Positions 1-12,859 of a stretch of DNA of 64,000 nucleotides are shown piece after piece. The translations under genes and the position numbers were made by a program. The stretch covers positions 122,185-186,184 of the forward strand of contig NW_015172015.1 of the NCBI RefSeq assembly GCF_001447785.1. Direction: 5' to 3'. Numbering within the stretch: the stretch's first letter is position 1; every line of letters begins with the position of its first letter. The DNA comes from Gekko japonicus (lineage: Eukaryota). The notes under the pieces were generated by a model. It worked only from the letters and a program-made list of their open reading frames with translations. It was not told the DNA's origin and did no database searches.

Positions 1-250
1 CAGACTAACAGTCCATTTAGCCTAAGGCTGTCTAGTTTGAAAGCAGTTATCCAAAGTCTCAACGGAATTTTTTCCACTTCTGCTGCCTGAGATTCCTTTC
101 TGTTAAAACTCAAGTGCCAAGGGTTGATCTGAGGCCTTTCTATATGCAAGATACTGCTCTACCACTGAGATATGTCCTGATAATCCTATGAAAGCAACTA
201 AAATCATGGCATTTGAAATCGAAGAAATAAACTATAGGGCTCAAACTCAC

Positions 251-331
251 CTGAAGATTTACAATGTAAAGCTTAGGGCGGCGTCTGGGTGGCTTGCTCA
301 TGCACCATAAGTGTGGATATTTTTTCAACAC
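251..331 (-). CDS. SIRT7: Sirtuin 7, coding exon 8 (remaining exons lie beyond the window start)
   Basis: VLKKYPHLWCMSKPPRRRPKLYIVNLQ; cag acceptor, GTGAGT donor. Confidence 0.96.
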
Positions 332-769
332 CTGTTGAAGTAAGGAAAATGCAACCAAAACATTTCAGCGCTAGGAACAAGTAGGGTTTAGGCTGTCAGA
401 TACCTGAAAACAATTTTTAATAATCTGTCAACTCCAAACGCCAGTTGCAGTCATCAGAAAGGGGGATGAGTAGGGACAATCTAAGGGACAAGTTATGGAC
501 ATCATAGAGACTTCTGCAGGATTCATCTGTGAACAGAATTCCTGTAGAATGCAAATGACCAGGACCCATACAGAAGCAAAAAACAGATGGCCATCAGCAG
601 TGGGCAAACCACTGTCTACAGATGGAACACTTCCTACTGGGATCCTTGCAAAGAACAGTGAAACAGATGAGGACTTCAATCTGATCTAGCACAGCTTCTC
701 TCATATTCTTACACAAAAGTGCGTACTCAGCATCACCAGATACAGATTACTTATACTTTAATTACCAAG

Positions 770-940
770 AGCTTGGTGCTTGGGGGGGGGGGGGTCAACA
801 GTGGGGGGGCTTCTAGTGTCCTGGCCCCACTGGTGGACCTCCTGATGGCACTTGGTATTTCTGGCCACTGTGTGATACAGAGTGTTGGACTGGATGGGCC
901 TTTGGCCTGATCCAACATTGGCGTCTCTTGTGTTCTTAAG
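770..940 (+). mobile_element. CR1 3' UTR fragment
   Basis: Near-identical to 5640-5800. Confidence 0.85.
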
Positions 941-1925
941 AGATCCTGAGAAAAGACCTCTTGATTCCTAAATGCTAACATACAATCAGTGGACTACAGG
1001 GATTCTGTTTAAAAAGCAGACCATGCAAGATGGGTCAGCCCTCCCATGGTCTAGGTAAAGAAAACACTGCAGTACAAATATCAATAATTGCCTCTTCTAT
1101 AATTAAAGTCCTTCCTGGATGGGCAAAAAGTCTGTTCAGCAAAACGTTTCATCAGCGCACATTCAAGCACTAAGTGATCTCCTGCACCCACTTAAACATT
1201 AAGAGAGTATAAAACCTCAATGAAATTAAAGGAGCACTCAGTATGCTTCTCTACAATGGTCAAAGAACTACTGTCGTTCCTACACTATCAGGCCATATGC
1301 TCAACCCCTCCTCACATGAAGCTTCATTTACATGGAAGGCAAAGACCAACCCGACAAGACAAGTTAATTTATTTTCAAACCTCTTCTTGAATCACACACA
1401 TTATGTAGCCATAAATCATTTTGTGGTTTGTGAGTCTCATATATTGTTTATTGCTTTTATTCTAGCTGTAAAGAAAATGACAAATTGAGACAATTGTGCT
1501 TCCTGAAAATTAGGTTTCCTTTCCACTTGTTTTTCCTCCCAAGCCAATGGGCTTGCCTTCTTGATCTTAACCACAAATTTTCAATATGGCTGTTTTCACC
1601 AACCCTCATCCTGATTTATATACCCATTGATCTAGGAAACAGATTCTCAGCATAGAAGTCTATTGGTACAATCCTTGAATATCCCATGTTTGTATTGGTG
1701 GGAGGAGGAGAATTAATACAGGTAGTTGTGTATGTTTCACTACAAAACCTTGAAAGCTATAAACCGAAATCTCAAAAAGCTGATCTCAACTGCTTTCAGA
1801 AGTCCTTCTCCCTTCTAAGATCACTCTAGAAAGACTTCACACAAGCACATTAAACAGTGTAACGCCTACTTGCAGCGGCTTTCAGCAAACAGGAGAGCCA
1901 CTAAAGATGTTCCCTCAATGGTTAC

Positions 1926-2162
1926 CTTTAAGCTGGATCCCAAGCAAAGGATCACATCTGCTTTGCTTGCAGCCTCTATTGCTGCCTCCCAGTTCAAGGG
2001 CTGCTGCAAGATGCCTTTCTCCCCAAAGTGTACAATGGTATCTCTCAACTGTGCCCCACACTTGTGACACATCCTGCCAGTATGGTGCCTGTGCAGGGCT
2101 GTACGTTCCGTCACATCAAAGACTCGCACATATTCACGATTGGGTATGCAGGATGTGCAGAC
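1926..2162 (-). CDS. SIRT7: Sirtuin 7, coding exon 7
   Basis: VCTSC...CHKC zinc-binding cysteines, [15 protein letters not shown]; 237 nt; canonical splice sites. Confidence 0.97.
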
Positions 2163-2248
2163 CTAGCAAAGGATGGAAGGAAAGATGCCTGGTTAGTAAT
2201 CTGGAGATGCTATGGTGCACTAAGATCCTGCCCTCTGCAAGTGCTCAC

Positions 2249-2347
2249 CTCTATGTACATGTTTCCATGCAGCTCAGAAAGGGCTTCCTGAGGCAGGCCA
2301 CTACGCAGGTGGAGCCCATCACAATTCTGTGACACCACATGATGCAC
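2249..2347 (-). CDS. SIRT7: Sirtuin 7, coding exon 6
   Basis: [33 protein letters not shown] (SQNxDGLH motif and catalytic HG); canonical splice sites. Confidence 0.97.
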
Positions 2348-2459
2348 CTAAAAGGAAAGGAAGCAGAGCTACTAATAAGAGTTCAAAGGCAAGAGACTCC
2401 CCTTTCCATTAGCAATATTCCCTTTCCATTACCAACACTCAAGGCCTGTACCTGAATCA

Positions 2460-3075
2460 TGGAAAGACAGGACTGGCTATCCAACTCACAGCTCTTGACA
2501 AGGCGGCATTAACACCAATGGCAACAGTGAAGTGTCTGGGTGTGACTTTGAATGCCTCGCTTTCAATGGAGGCCCAAATCACGAATGTTGCCAGATCAGC
2601 ATTTTTCCACCTTTGTCAGGTCAGGCAACTGGCTCCTTACCTCTCTTCCCGTGACTTAGCTACAGTGATCCATGCAACGGTCACCTCTAGATTGGACTGC
2701 TGTAACTCACTTTAAGCAGGGATACCTTTGAGATTGACCCGGAAATTGCAACTGGTCCAGAATACAGCAGCACATATCCTTACAGGAAAGCCATTAAAAG
2801 CCCATATACAACCGGTGCTCCGCCAGCTGCACTGGCTCCCAGTTGAATGCCCGATCAAATTCAAGGGTTTGGTTTTGACCTTCAAAGCCCTATGTGGTCT
2901 GGGACCAACATATCTTCAGGACTGTCTCTCCTGGTAGGTCCTTCAAAGAGCCATGCGCTCTACGGATCAACATCATCTAGTGATCCCCGGTCTGAAAGAT
3001 ATCCGCTTAGCTTCAACCAGAGCCAGAGCCTTTTCAGCTCTAGCATTGGCCTAGTGGAACAGACTCCCAAGTAAG
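2460..3075 (+). mobile_element. L2 LINE 3' fragment
   Basis: LATVIHATVTSRLDCCNSL, LHWLPV, LVLTFKAL. Confidence 0.85.
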
Positions 3076-3359
3076 ATGTATTATTTGCTTATTTATTTAT
3101 TTGATTTATACCCCACCCTCCCCGCCAAGGCAGGCTATAGACAGTAAAACAATAAAAACAATTTAAACAAATTAAAATCATCAGATAATTTAAAATACAA
3201 CATATATAAGATGGCGAAAGCTGTCCCATTGGCTACCATAGGGGAAAACAACAGCTGGTGTCTAGCTCTTCAGCGTTTAGTTCTTTAATATGGGCATAGG
3301 TGTTAAGTAGGCGGCCACCAAAGTAAATTGTAAGGCAAAGATTTCTCAGCTTGATGGTA

Positions 3360-3820
3360 GGCCGTTAAATGTGGCATCTCACTTAAACACTTGATGGAAG
3401 AGCTCTGTCTTGCAGGCCCTGTGGAATTTTAAAAAATCCTGCAAGGCCCTGATGTAAAAGGCCAACTTGGCAGAGGCTGCTACCTGGGCCTCCATCGTTA
3501 AGGAGGCATCCAGGAGCACTCCCAACCTCCTAACCTCCAACGCTGGCACCAATAGTGCCCCATCAAAGGTCGGGAGTGGGATCTCTAACCTTGGACCGCC
3601 CCGACGTAGACACAGGACCTCAGTTTTCGTTGGATTCAGTTTCAGTCGGCTCAGCCGAAGCCACCCAGCTATGGCTTGTAGTGCCAGGTCCAGATCTTCC
3701 GATTTAGAGTCAGACTGGCCACCCAACAGCAGATAGACCTGGGTGTCATCCACGTACTGGTGACATTGCAACCCATGCCTCTGGGCAACCTGGGCAAGGG
3801 GGCGCATTTAGATGTTAAAT
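3360..3820 (-). mobile_element. L2 LINE RT fragment with internal deletion
   Basis: HQYVDDTQVYL, LKLNPTKTEVL, CKTELF. Confidence 0.85.
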
Positions 3821-3952
3821 GTGGACAAGCTTTCTCACCACAAATCCTCTTGAAACATAAATGCTTTTCATGGGTAACAGCCAGCTATGCTCTTACAGCT
3901 GCCCTCTCCCTGAGACACAGGAATACAGAATTGACAAAGAAGAGCTCCTTAC

Positions 3953-4025
3953 CAGTTTGTGCTTGTGCAAGCAGGCAATGCTCATATGCGTGAGCGTGGG
4001 CTCTGCCTCACTCAGATCTGTAGCT
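3953..4025 (-). CDS. SIRT7: Sirtuin 7, coding exon 5
   Basis: (R)ATDLSEAEPTLTHMSIACLHKHKL; cag acceptor, GTAAGG donor; 73 nt restores phase 0. Confidence 0.96.
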
Positions 4026-4154
4026 CTGACAAAGGGGAAGTACAATACGTATTGTTAGCCAATCCCACACAGCCTGGTTTAGCCTTCTCCTGTAAAGCTG
4101 GGGAAGTCTCCCAGATATGAGGAGAGTCTTTATGAACTGCCAGTGCCAGATTAC

Positions 4155-4225
4155 CTGATACTCCTACCCTTCTGCAACATTGTCCACACCCCATTTGGGC
4201 CTCGGTAGTCAGGGATTGAAGCTGC
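4155..4225 (-). CDS. SIRT7: Sirtuin 7, coding exon 4
   Basis: AASIPDYRGPNGVWTMLQKGRSI(R); canonical AG/GT; 71 nt. Confidence 0.96.
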
Positions 4226-5164
4226 CTATGTTACAAGGAGACACAAAATAAAAAGGAAACCAACTGAGTGGGTCTTCAAGAATGCATTAGCCTAGTCCAT
4301 CAATATCCCTGGGCTGTCCACTTCCCACAGACCCTCAGTCTCCTGCTTATAGTCACTCTCATCAAAATTCTAACTCCTTCACGGTACATAGACCTAACAG
4401 CAAACTCACATCCCATGCTGAATGCTGCCCAGGAATAACCCCATAGCTGTTTCCTGGAACCCTGGACTTAAGCCAAGCAACACATGAGGAGGCTCACGTG
4501 ACAAGCAGCTCAGCACTACATATTTGGAAGGTTCCCCTAATGAGATAATAATTTTCTATGAAGTGTTAAATTAGGTTAAGTCTAAGAAGACTGCCTCATC
4601 ATAATAATCTAAACAAATCACCTATTAGTGCTTTTGTGAACAGCTGCATATCTTGCATACAATGAAGCTTTGTGAACAAATATCAAAAATGTATTGCATT
4701 TCATTGGCTTTTGCCACCTCTTTTTATTGCACCCCACACCCCCATACAGATTTGCATACCATTTCAGGACACCCTTCATGCATCTGATGTAGACTCTAAT
4801 ATGCCATAAAACCTTATGCCACAATTAATCTGATCTTTCATGTGACACAAAACTCTTTTTTACCACTGACAGAGCAACTCTTTGATGGAGGGGAGAAGGT
4901 GATGGCTGGCTCCGCTTTCTCCTTCCCTTGTTTGGTTGTGCAAGTAATCTGCCCTGTTCCTCCACACCCACACTGCCAGGGCTTGTTAAGTCTTCTGCTT
5001 TGCCCAAGAGGTGTCTGGTAACAGCTTCCTGCTTTCTGAAAATTTGGAGTGGGTTGAACAAGTGCTTCATGCCTTTCCAATTTTCCCTTCCTGCAGGGGC
5101 AGCTTTTGAGTGAGGAGCCTTCAACATTTCAAACTAGCAGAACCAAGATGTTTGGCACAAGAAC

Positions 5165-5800
5165 AGCATATTGTGCCACACCTTAAAAAGGATATTATAG
5201 CTTTGGAAAAAGTGCAGAAAAGGGCAACTCGAATGATAAAAGGGTTGGAACACTTTCCCTATGAGGAAAGGTTAAAGAGCTTAGGGCTCTTTAGCTTGGA
5301 GAAAAGACGACTGAGGGGTGACATGATTGAGGTTTACAAGATTATGCATGGGAAAGAACAGGTAGAGAAAGAGGTACTTTTCTCCCTTTCTCACAATACA
5401 AGAACTCGTGGGCACTCCATGAAATTGCTGAGCGGTCGGGTTAGAGCGGATAAAAGGAAGTACTTCTTCACCCAAAGAGTGATTAACACATGGAATTCAC
5501 TGCCACAGGAAGTGGCGGCGGCTACAAGCATGGACGGCTTCAAAAGGGAATTAGATAGGCATATGGAGCAGAGGTCCATCAGTGGCTATTAGCCACAAGG
5601 TATAGATAGGGGCTCTGAAGCAAGTGATGCTCTGTCTTCTTGGTGCTTGTGGGGGCCAACAGTGGGAGGGCTTCTAATGTCCTGGCCCCACTGGTGGACC
5701 TCCTGATGGCACCTGGTATTTTTGGCCACTGTGTGACAGAGTGTTGGACTAGATGGGCCTTTGGCCTGATCCAACATTGGCGTCTCTTATGTTCTTATGT
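5165..5800 (+). mobile_element. CR1 LINE 3' end (ORF2 C-terminus plus 3' UTR)
   Basis: LEKVQKRATRMIKGL, FSLEKRRLRGDMIEVYK, FFTQRVINTWNSLP; TTCTTATG-type tail. Confidence 0.92.
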
Positions 5801-6726
5801 GTAGGTCAGCTCAGTGACAGTTTCAGTTGGGACCATATAGAATGCTAACTGTTCCCTGGAAAGCAACAGGAACAGTGGCATATGCCCAACTGTTCTATTT
5901 CCCCCTCCCACTATAGCCTGCTGAGCCCTCCAAATTTTGTCCCAGGGAATCAACAGACTCTCTGGAACAGCATAGCAGAAACTGGTCGAAACTGCCACAG
6001 CCTCTTCTAGATATTTAAATGCCCATAAACCTTCAGAACTGTGCAGATAGATACCTCCCTGAGACATGAAGTCACAATTCATGTCCACTGCAATGACTTT
6101 GGGTACCACATAGTGGCTGTTATCTTGAATAGGTCTAACAAAACTTCCTTCAGACACACCCTCCATTTGATCCAGAGGATACCAAGCAATTCACCAGTGC
6201 ACAGACACCACAGTCATAGTTCAAATTCCTTGCATTTACACTTGGAGTGCTTTCACAGGAGATGCTGAAATGAGTACTTGAATGCAATACACCTCCATCT
6301 CCAAAATGTAGGGTTGCGAATTTGATGCCATAGAGTTCTCATTCTGAAGCTGCCATTTCTCCGGTGGTCCTGGGAGTGGGGCAGTCCAGACAAGACTGAC
6401 AGCACAAAAGCTGCTTGAGGACTGAGGAGTCAGCCAGTCCTGACTCCCTGAAGGAACAAGTTGACAGCTTGGGCTGCTGCTGGATCCAGGCCTATCACTG
6501 GAAGCTCCTCTGTGGCATGCAGTGCCTTTCATCAGCTTTAGCTGATATGCCAACTACAGCTGTTTGTCAAAAAGCATAACCTGGCCATGCTGGTGATCCA
6601 TGCTCTGATTATATCTGGATTTCATTCTGAGGTGGTAAATTTAATGTATGGACTGACCACAAGCGATACAAGCCACAACAGGAACTTGTGAAATATGACC
6701 GTGGAAGAGCTCCCACAGAGTCTTAC

Positions 6727-6831
6727 CGTACTGATGCCAGCTCCTGTATAGATGATAAGGTGTTTAGCGCCCCGCACAGCCAAAGAGAGCTTGCTCACTT
6801 TTTTCTTCAACTCTTCAGGTTCATCACAAAC
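6727..6831 (-). CDS. SIRT7: Sirtuin 7, coding exon 3
   Basis: VCDEPEELKKKVSKLSLAVRGAKHLIIYTGAGIST (sirtuin GAGIS NAD-binding motif); tag acceptor, GTAAGA donor. Confidence 0.96.
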
Positions 6832-7254
6832 CTAAGAGCGGATGAACAAGAGATTAAAATGATTTCTGAGGCAGCATATTTTACAGCTTCAAACTGCTGA
6901 CTAAGGCCCTGTTACCATACTGATAATTTTCTCAGATGACAAAAACAATCCCCTGCCTAATTCCAGAAGGGCATCCATGCTCATCTGCTGCAGTTCTCTT
7001 CCATCCTCCCTTTGCTTTGTCCTCAAGTCCCCTACAGGTTTTGTAAAAGAGGAAATATGGCAAGACGAATAGGTGAAGGAAGGAACATGATTTGCTATTT
7101 AAAAAAAGGATGGATGGTTATTGACAGAAAGGATTTAAAAAACAGCTTAACTGGTATTAAAAGGATTTACAAATGAACATATTTTTAATTCAAGTCAGAT
7201 TTCTTCCAGCTATATGATATTACAGTCATAGCATGAGCTTGATCTTGTAACATC

Positions 7255-7482
7255 GTCAGTGTGGTGTAGCTGTCAGACTTTGGATCTACAAGACCCAGGT
7301 TCAAATCCCTCCTTTGTCACAGAAGCTCAATTGATGACCTTGCACTAGTCACTCTCTCTCAGCTCTACTTACCTCACAGGGTTGTTGTGAAGATAAAAAG
7401 GAGGAAATGGGAATGATGCTGCAAGGTGCTTTGGATCCCCATTGGGGAGAAAAGTAAAAAGTACCTAAAAATACACAAATAA
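7255..7482 (+). mobile_element. Older tRNA-derived SINE
   Basis: GGTGTAG...GGTTCAAATCC head, CCTCACAGGGTTGTTGTG core; similar copies at ~9625-9830 and ~51000-51205. Confidence 0.7.
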
Positions 7483-8001
7483 AAACCTGGGAGCTGGACT
7501 ACACATTAGACTCAGTATGCAACACTGGCCAGTAGTATCTGTTAAGAATTCTGCAAACAGTCATTTTGTTTTAACTAAAAAAATAATAATGCATTAGGGC
7601 AAAAAATTGTCCAGCCTTTGGGGAAAGAAGAGGATATGGGACATACACTTCATTTAGTCAGACTGGATTCCTGTTTTGACAGGTGCCCCACCCCTCTAGG
7701 GGGTTAGTCCCTCCTCCCTAAGGGCCATGTTTCAAGGTGGTGGCAAGATGGTGGCTGGTGTCAGCCAGTGGGAGTGCCGTAACCACGTGTTGGCTTTCCC
7801 CCAGTGGTGTAGCATCTGGCTATGGGGTTGAGGGAGAGAAGGATATTGGGGAAATGTAGTAGGGGTGCTTTTTGAAGTTTTTTGAGAGTTTTGTATGGGA
7901 GGAAAAAAATACAGTGTGCAAACTGGATTTTTTTCCTGTCTGTGGTTGTGTTTTGTGGAAGGGAACACTTTGAAAACAGCAGTAGGGCTGGGAACATGTG
8001 T

Positions 8002-8284
8002 GTTTGGTGTAGTGGTTAAGTGCGCGGACTCTAATCTGGGAGAACCGGGTTTGAGTCCCCACTCCTCCACTTGCACCTGGCTGGATGACCTTGGGCAAGC
8101 CTTAGCTCTGATAAGAGCTGTCCTTGAAAAAGAGCAGTTTCTGTCAAGAGTTCTCTCAGCCCCACCTACCTCACAGGGTGTCTGTTGTGGGGAGGGGAAG
8201 GGAAAGGAGTTTGTAAGCCGCTCTGAGACACCTTTGGGTAGTGAAGGGTGGGGTATAAATCCAATCTCTTCTTCTTCTTCTTCT
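8002..8284 (+). mobile_element. tRNA-derived SINE (Squam3-like)
   Basis: A-box TGGTGTAGTGG, B-box-like GGTTTGAGTCC, (CTT)n tail; several copies in the window. Confidence 0.85.
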
Positions 8285-9999
8285 AAACTGTACTATGCGA
8301 ATGCTTGTGCTAACTATGTTTAGTGCAGACTTCCCCCCACAGGCAAAGCCTGGGGAGCCCCCACCCCCCAGACAGCCAGTTTCCCCCCCTTTTGCAAGCC
8401 CCCCCCCCCAACCAAAAGCAACTGGAAACAGCATTTTGCAGCAAAGGAAAAAAGTGACCTTTTTAAAAAGTCAAATGGCTGCAGCATTGTGCAGGAATAG
8501 ATGAAGAATAGAGAATTTCTAAAGCCTGCTCTTTCTGCAAATGTCCCCCCTGCCCCCACAGAGGAAAACTTGAAACACACATACACAGAGAAGCGAGCAG
8601 AGAAAACCAGCCTCATTAGCAGAGAGAGAGTTTGCACCGGAGAATCTCCCAGCTGGTTTAAAGGGGGCAGCAGATTCAGTTCAGAGTGGAGAGTCTCCCC
8701 CCCCCCCCTCAGTGGCAACCAGCTTTTTTCAAAAACACAGTTTAAGCAGTTACACACAGAGTAGGTTCTGGTGAAATAAAATAAAGTGTTTATAGCTTCT
8801 TAGGTAGGGTTAGGCACACACTCCTATAGTCTTGTAAGGGTCCCGGTGTAAATTATTGCTTTGGGAGAAAAACAAAGCAGCAGTCCTACGCATACTTATC
8901 TGGGAGTCAGCTTTGTTTAGGCAGGCTTTGCATCTCAGTAAACAGGCACAGAATGGGGCGGCATTTTCCAAATCCTAGCACTGTACCTGCAAAACTAAGT
9001 AACTTTAATGTGGCTGGAAGTCTGCCAAATTTCATTCAACTGTACTTGTGACTGAGAACTTTAGTGTCCTTGGGACAGATGGGGACAGTCCCACTGATTT
9101 TAGAGGGCCTTTCTTCCAAGCCAATTTTCCAGCACAGGAATGCTGGGGGATGGGTCAGAAACATCAGACAATATCACAACAGGTGGTACCAGGCTGATTA
9201 CTACTTCTCTGTTCTAAGCACTGCCCCATCTATACTGTAGTTTGGGGGAGGGGGTGCTGCACAGATCAAACATGATGCATTTGAAGTTCATTTTGGACAA
9301 TAAAATAGGATTTTAAGTGTCCATGCGTGTGTGTGAAGCCCACATCAAGACCGCAGAGAAGGCGCCTCTGATGGCAGGAATAATCAGTTGGAATGAGGAG
9401 GAAAAAACTACTGAAAGATTTATTGGCAGACAGAAAAGCATGCGGAAAGGGTACTGAAATGGTGGGCAAATGGAAAACGCAGAGGGTAGCTAGTGAGAAA
9501 TGAAGGGAAAGGGGCATGCAAGATATTGGGCGTGGAACGTTGAAAGAGGTGCTAGATAGCCAGGGGGGGCGGGCCTTGGACCACTGGTGAACTTCTACAA
9601 AGCCCGCAGGCGCTTATTAGGAAATGTAGTGGTTAAGCCTGTCGGATTAGTATCTGGGAAACCCAGGTTCTAACCCCACTCTGTCATGGAAGCTGGGTGG
9701 GTGACCTTGAACCAATTACAAACTCTCATCCTAACCTACATCAAAGGGCTGTTTTAATGATAAAATGAAGGAGTGGAGAACGATGTAAGTGACTTGGGGA
9801 GAAAGACGGGGTATAAATGAAGTAAATAAATAACAGCATTGGCAACTGACAGGGAAATCACACACTTCAGCAGAGTTCAAAGAAGGGGTCTAACCACTCC
9901 TAACAGTGGGGGTAGAAACTCTTTTCTTTATTGGTTCATCATGCTCAAGGAAAGTATATATATTCCTAAGAAAGTTCAAGATTCAGGCAACTTTACAGA

Positions 10000-10418
10000 G
10001 GCCCCTGCCACACGGCAGGGGAAAAGCCGCCAAAAAGCCGCGCCAAAGTTGAAACGGCGCCAAAGTTGAAACGGCGCGGCGGGATCCCACGGATCCCCTG
10101 GCCGCGCTGCCTTTTCTCCCCGGCACGATTAGACGCCGGGGAGAAAACACAGATCTGACGGCGAGCCAGCGGAACTGCGTATGTCGGAACATGCGCAGTT
10201 CGGCTAGGAGCCGGGGACTCAGACTCCCGGTTTGCGGCGCACCTTTGAGATGAACCACCTCGGTAGGTGGTTCCAACTTGATGCGGTTTATCACGTGGAT
10301 GGGCCAGTTTGGGGACGGAAGCACTACGCCTCCCAGATGTTGTGGTGTGATCGCGGCCATTTGATCCGCCCCCAAACCGTCCTGCTCCCGGCCCAAATCC
10401 CCTTGTGTGAACGGGACC
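10000..10418. mobile_element. CpG-rich MITE-like insertion (possibly PIF/Harbinger-type)
   Basis: Imperfect TIRs GGCCCCTGCCACACGGCAGGGGA / TCCCCTTGTGTGAACGGGACC; AGA on both flanks. Confidence 0.55.
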
Positions 10419-11103
10419 AGACAAAAGCATAAGCTAGTATAGGCAAATTGACATCAGGTTCATGCAGAACTTTTACACCAATTGCACCCAACTTTCAACC
10501 TATCAAGACGCTTTTACTTCAACTTATGTATTCTTACTGGCTTAATGCAGTTAAGCTGGCTGGTTTGATAAGAGAGATTGCTGTTAGCTAACACTTTCCC
10601 ATCACCCTTAACACAATGCGTTCTCCTTCACAATGCCTGTAAGCATGGCACTGCAACCGGCAAGGCAGCAGTACAAACGGAGCAGAGAAAATAAGGAAAC
10701 TTCAGTAAGAGCCCAAGATGGGGGTACCCCAAATGTTTCAATTTTTGGGGTTCCCTCGGGCGGGATGCTTCTAGAAGAGGTTGGGGGAGTGTCCCGAGGT
10801 GGCAGGTGCAGTTTGAGGGATGGCAAGAGCTGTTTTGGTGATTTTTGGATGTTGACCCTGCAAGGTAGACCACTCCAAGAGGCACTTTGTTTCATTTTGG
10901 GGTATCGAGTGCCACCTCAGTGGTCTCATCTTGATGAGGTGAACCTATGGACACCATTTTTGGGGTGATCAGGGGTACCCCAAATGTTTCCATTGTGGGG
11001 GTGCCCTTGGGCATCCCGCCTTGTCAGAGAGGTCGGGGAAACTCTGAGAAACTATTTTGGGGGTGCTAGGAGGTGTTTTCATGATTTTTGAAAGGCTGCA
11101 TGC

Positions 11104-11309
11104 CAATGTTCCCTCTAAGCTGTGGAGTCTTGTGAGCAAAAATTCTACTTTGTGAGCTACTGGCATTAAAGTTGTGAGCGAGCAATTTGGTTACTGCATA
11201 GATTAGTCTGCTCTGGAGCCATCCTTCCTGAGCTAAGACAAATATGTGTGAGCAGGAGGCTAAAGAACTGTGAGCTAGCTCACACTAACTCAATTTAGAG
11301 GGAACACTG
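11104..11309. mobile_element. hAT-type MITE with 8-bp TSD
   Basis: TIRs CAATGTTCCCTCTAA / TTAGAGGGAACACTG; TSD CTGCATGC at 11096-11103 and 11310-11317. Confidence 0.85.
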
Positions 11310-12464
11310 CTGCATGCAGAGAAGATTTTTTTAATCAGGGTTCCCCTGTGCCCCACCAGGATAATAAAACACAAAGTGGGGAATAAACACCAGACAGAGT
11401 TTCAGTCACTGATTTACCTTAGTACAGTGCACATTTACATGGAGTAAATGTTCTGTGTGGGATGTCTTGGAGAGAGGTCTCTCCATCTTGTGAGGCTGGG
11501 GGGGGGCTGGTACTCAGGTTGCTGAGATGCTACACCATTGGGGGAAAGCCAACACGTGGTCACGGTGCTCCCACTGGCTGACACCAGCTGCCATCTTGCC
11601 ACGACCTTGAAGCATGGCCCTTAGGGAGGAGGGGCACCTGTCAAAACGGGAATGAAATGTTGTCCCGTATCCTCCTGGACAGCGATGGGGAAGCCATAAA
11701 TCGGGCTTTCCTGCCTTCCCTACGCAGGCACTTGCAGCATACTGTTGACTTGCCCACCCTCCCAAAGGGCAACACGGGAATAGCTGGTGGCTACGGGTTG
11801 CTAAGCAGCATCAACCAAAACTTCAGTTGTCTGTGCAGCATACTGGGGGAGAGGGATGGCACAGGTCACCTGCAGGCAAGGATAAACAAGCCAGCAAAAA
11901 TTGCTGACCAAGTGTGCAGCCCAGATGGAGCTGCCCAAATGCTGCTAGCCATGGGCTGCTTAGCAAATCCTGCTCTTAAATATGTTAAATAATAAAGATT
12001 TCTGCATGTTCCCCATGCTGAGACAGGAAACTGGAGAGGATCACAATGAAGCAAACAGGGAAGGAAGAACAGCAAGCCAGTCTGTAGTCGCGCACCCGCC
12101 CTATTCCTACCACTCCCAACTCCAGGAGAAAAACGTTCAAAGAAAAAGTCCAGTCAGTGGTTCTTTCTTCACCGCATCTTTGTGCTCTAATCCAACTTTC
12201 TGTACCTTCCCTTAGCAAGCAGTTAGGCTACTATAGCACAATGAGCAGAACTTCTAGTCCAAGCTCTGGAAGGACTTCAAGATGATACTAAAGGCCACAT
12301 CACATTTTGGTTATACTCACATAACATTGAGTAGGTTATACTGTCTGTAAATTGTGATTTTAATGTTTTGTATAGACTGTTTTAGACGTGTTGTTTTATT
12401 GTTTTTATTGTTGTAAGCCGCCATGAGCCGCTTCGGCTGGAGGGCGGGATAAAAATCAAATTAA

Positions 12465-12493
12465 TAAATAAATAAATAAATAAATAAATAAAT
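12465..12493 (+). repeat. (AAAT)n microsatellite, tail of a LINE/SINE fragment
   Basis: About seven AAAT units after a GTAAGCCGCC..GAGCC..GGGCGGGAT tail motif. Confidence 0.85.
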
Positions 12494-12859
12494 TTTCCCC
12501 AAACAAAAATGACTATCTACATGCAGTTCCATATTTTCTTATGTAGGAAAAGATTTCCTGAATTAGTATGGAAAAGACACAACCCCTTTCCTCAGAAATG
12601 GGAAACATAAACTGCTAAAACTTACAGAATAAGTTTCATGTGGATATTTATTTTGCTTGGCAAGCATGAAAACCAAGGAAGTTCCCCTTACCTGTGCAAA
12701 TGTATAAAGATTTTTTTTAAATGTAGTTTCAATAACTATACCTATACGCATACAGTTCAAGATTGGTACAGTACAGATAGCTTCCAGAATATATCTATAA
12801 GAAGAGAAGGACGGTATTCTATGTTGCATATAGTTAGTGTATTGCTTGCTGTAAATGCT

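Noticed and set aside
511-548. Imperfect hairpin in SIRT7 intron 7 as a pre-miRNA
   Set aside because: Stem of ~13 bp is too short and there is no recognisable mature sequence
5795-6553. 123-aa and 105-aa minus-strand ORFs in SIRT7 intron 3
   Set aside because: No recognisable homology or convincing splice structure; the SIRT7 reading frame is complete without them
8002-8075. tRNA-like sequence
   Set aside because: SINE head with A/B boxes followed by SINE body and tail; not a tRNA gene
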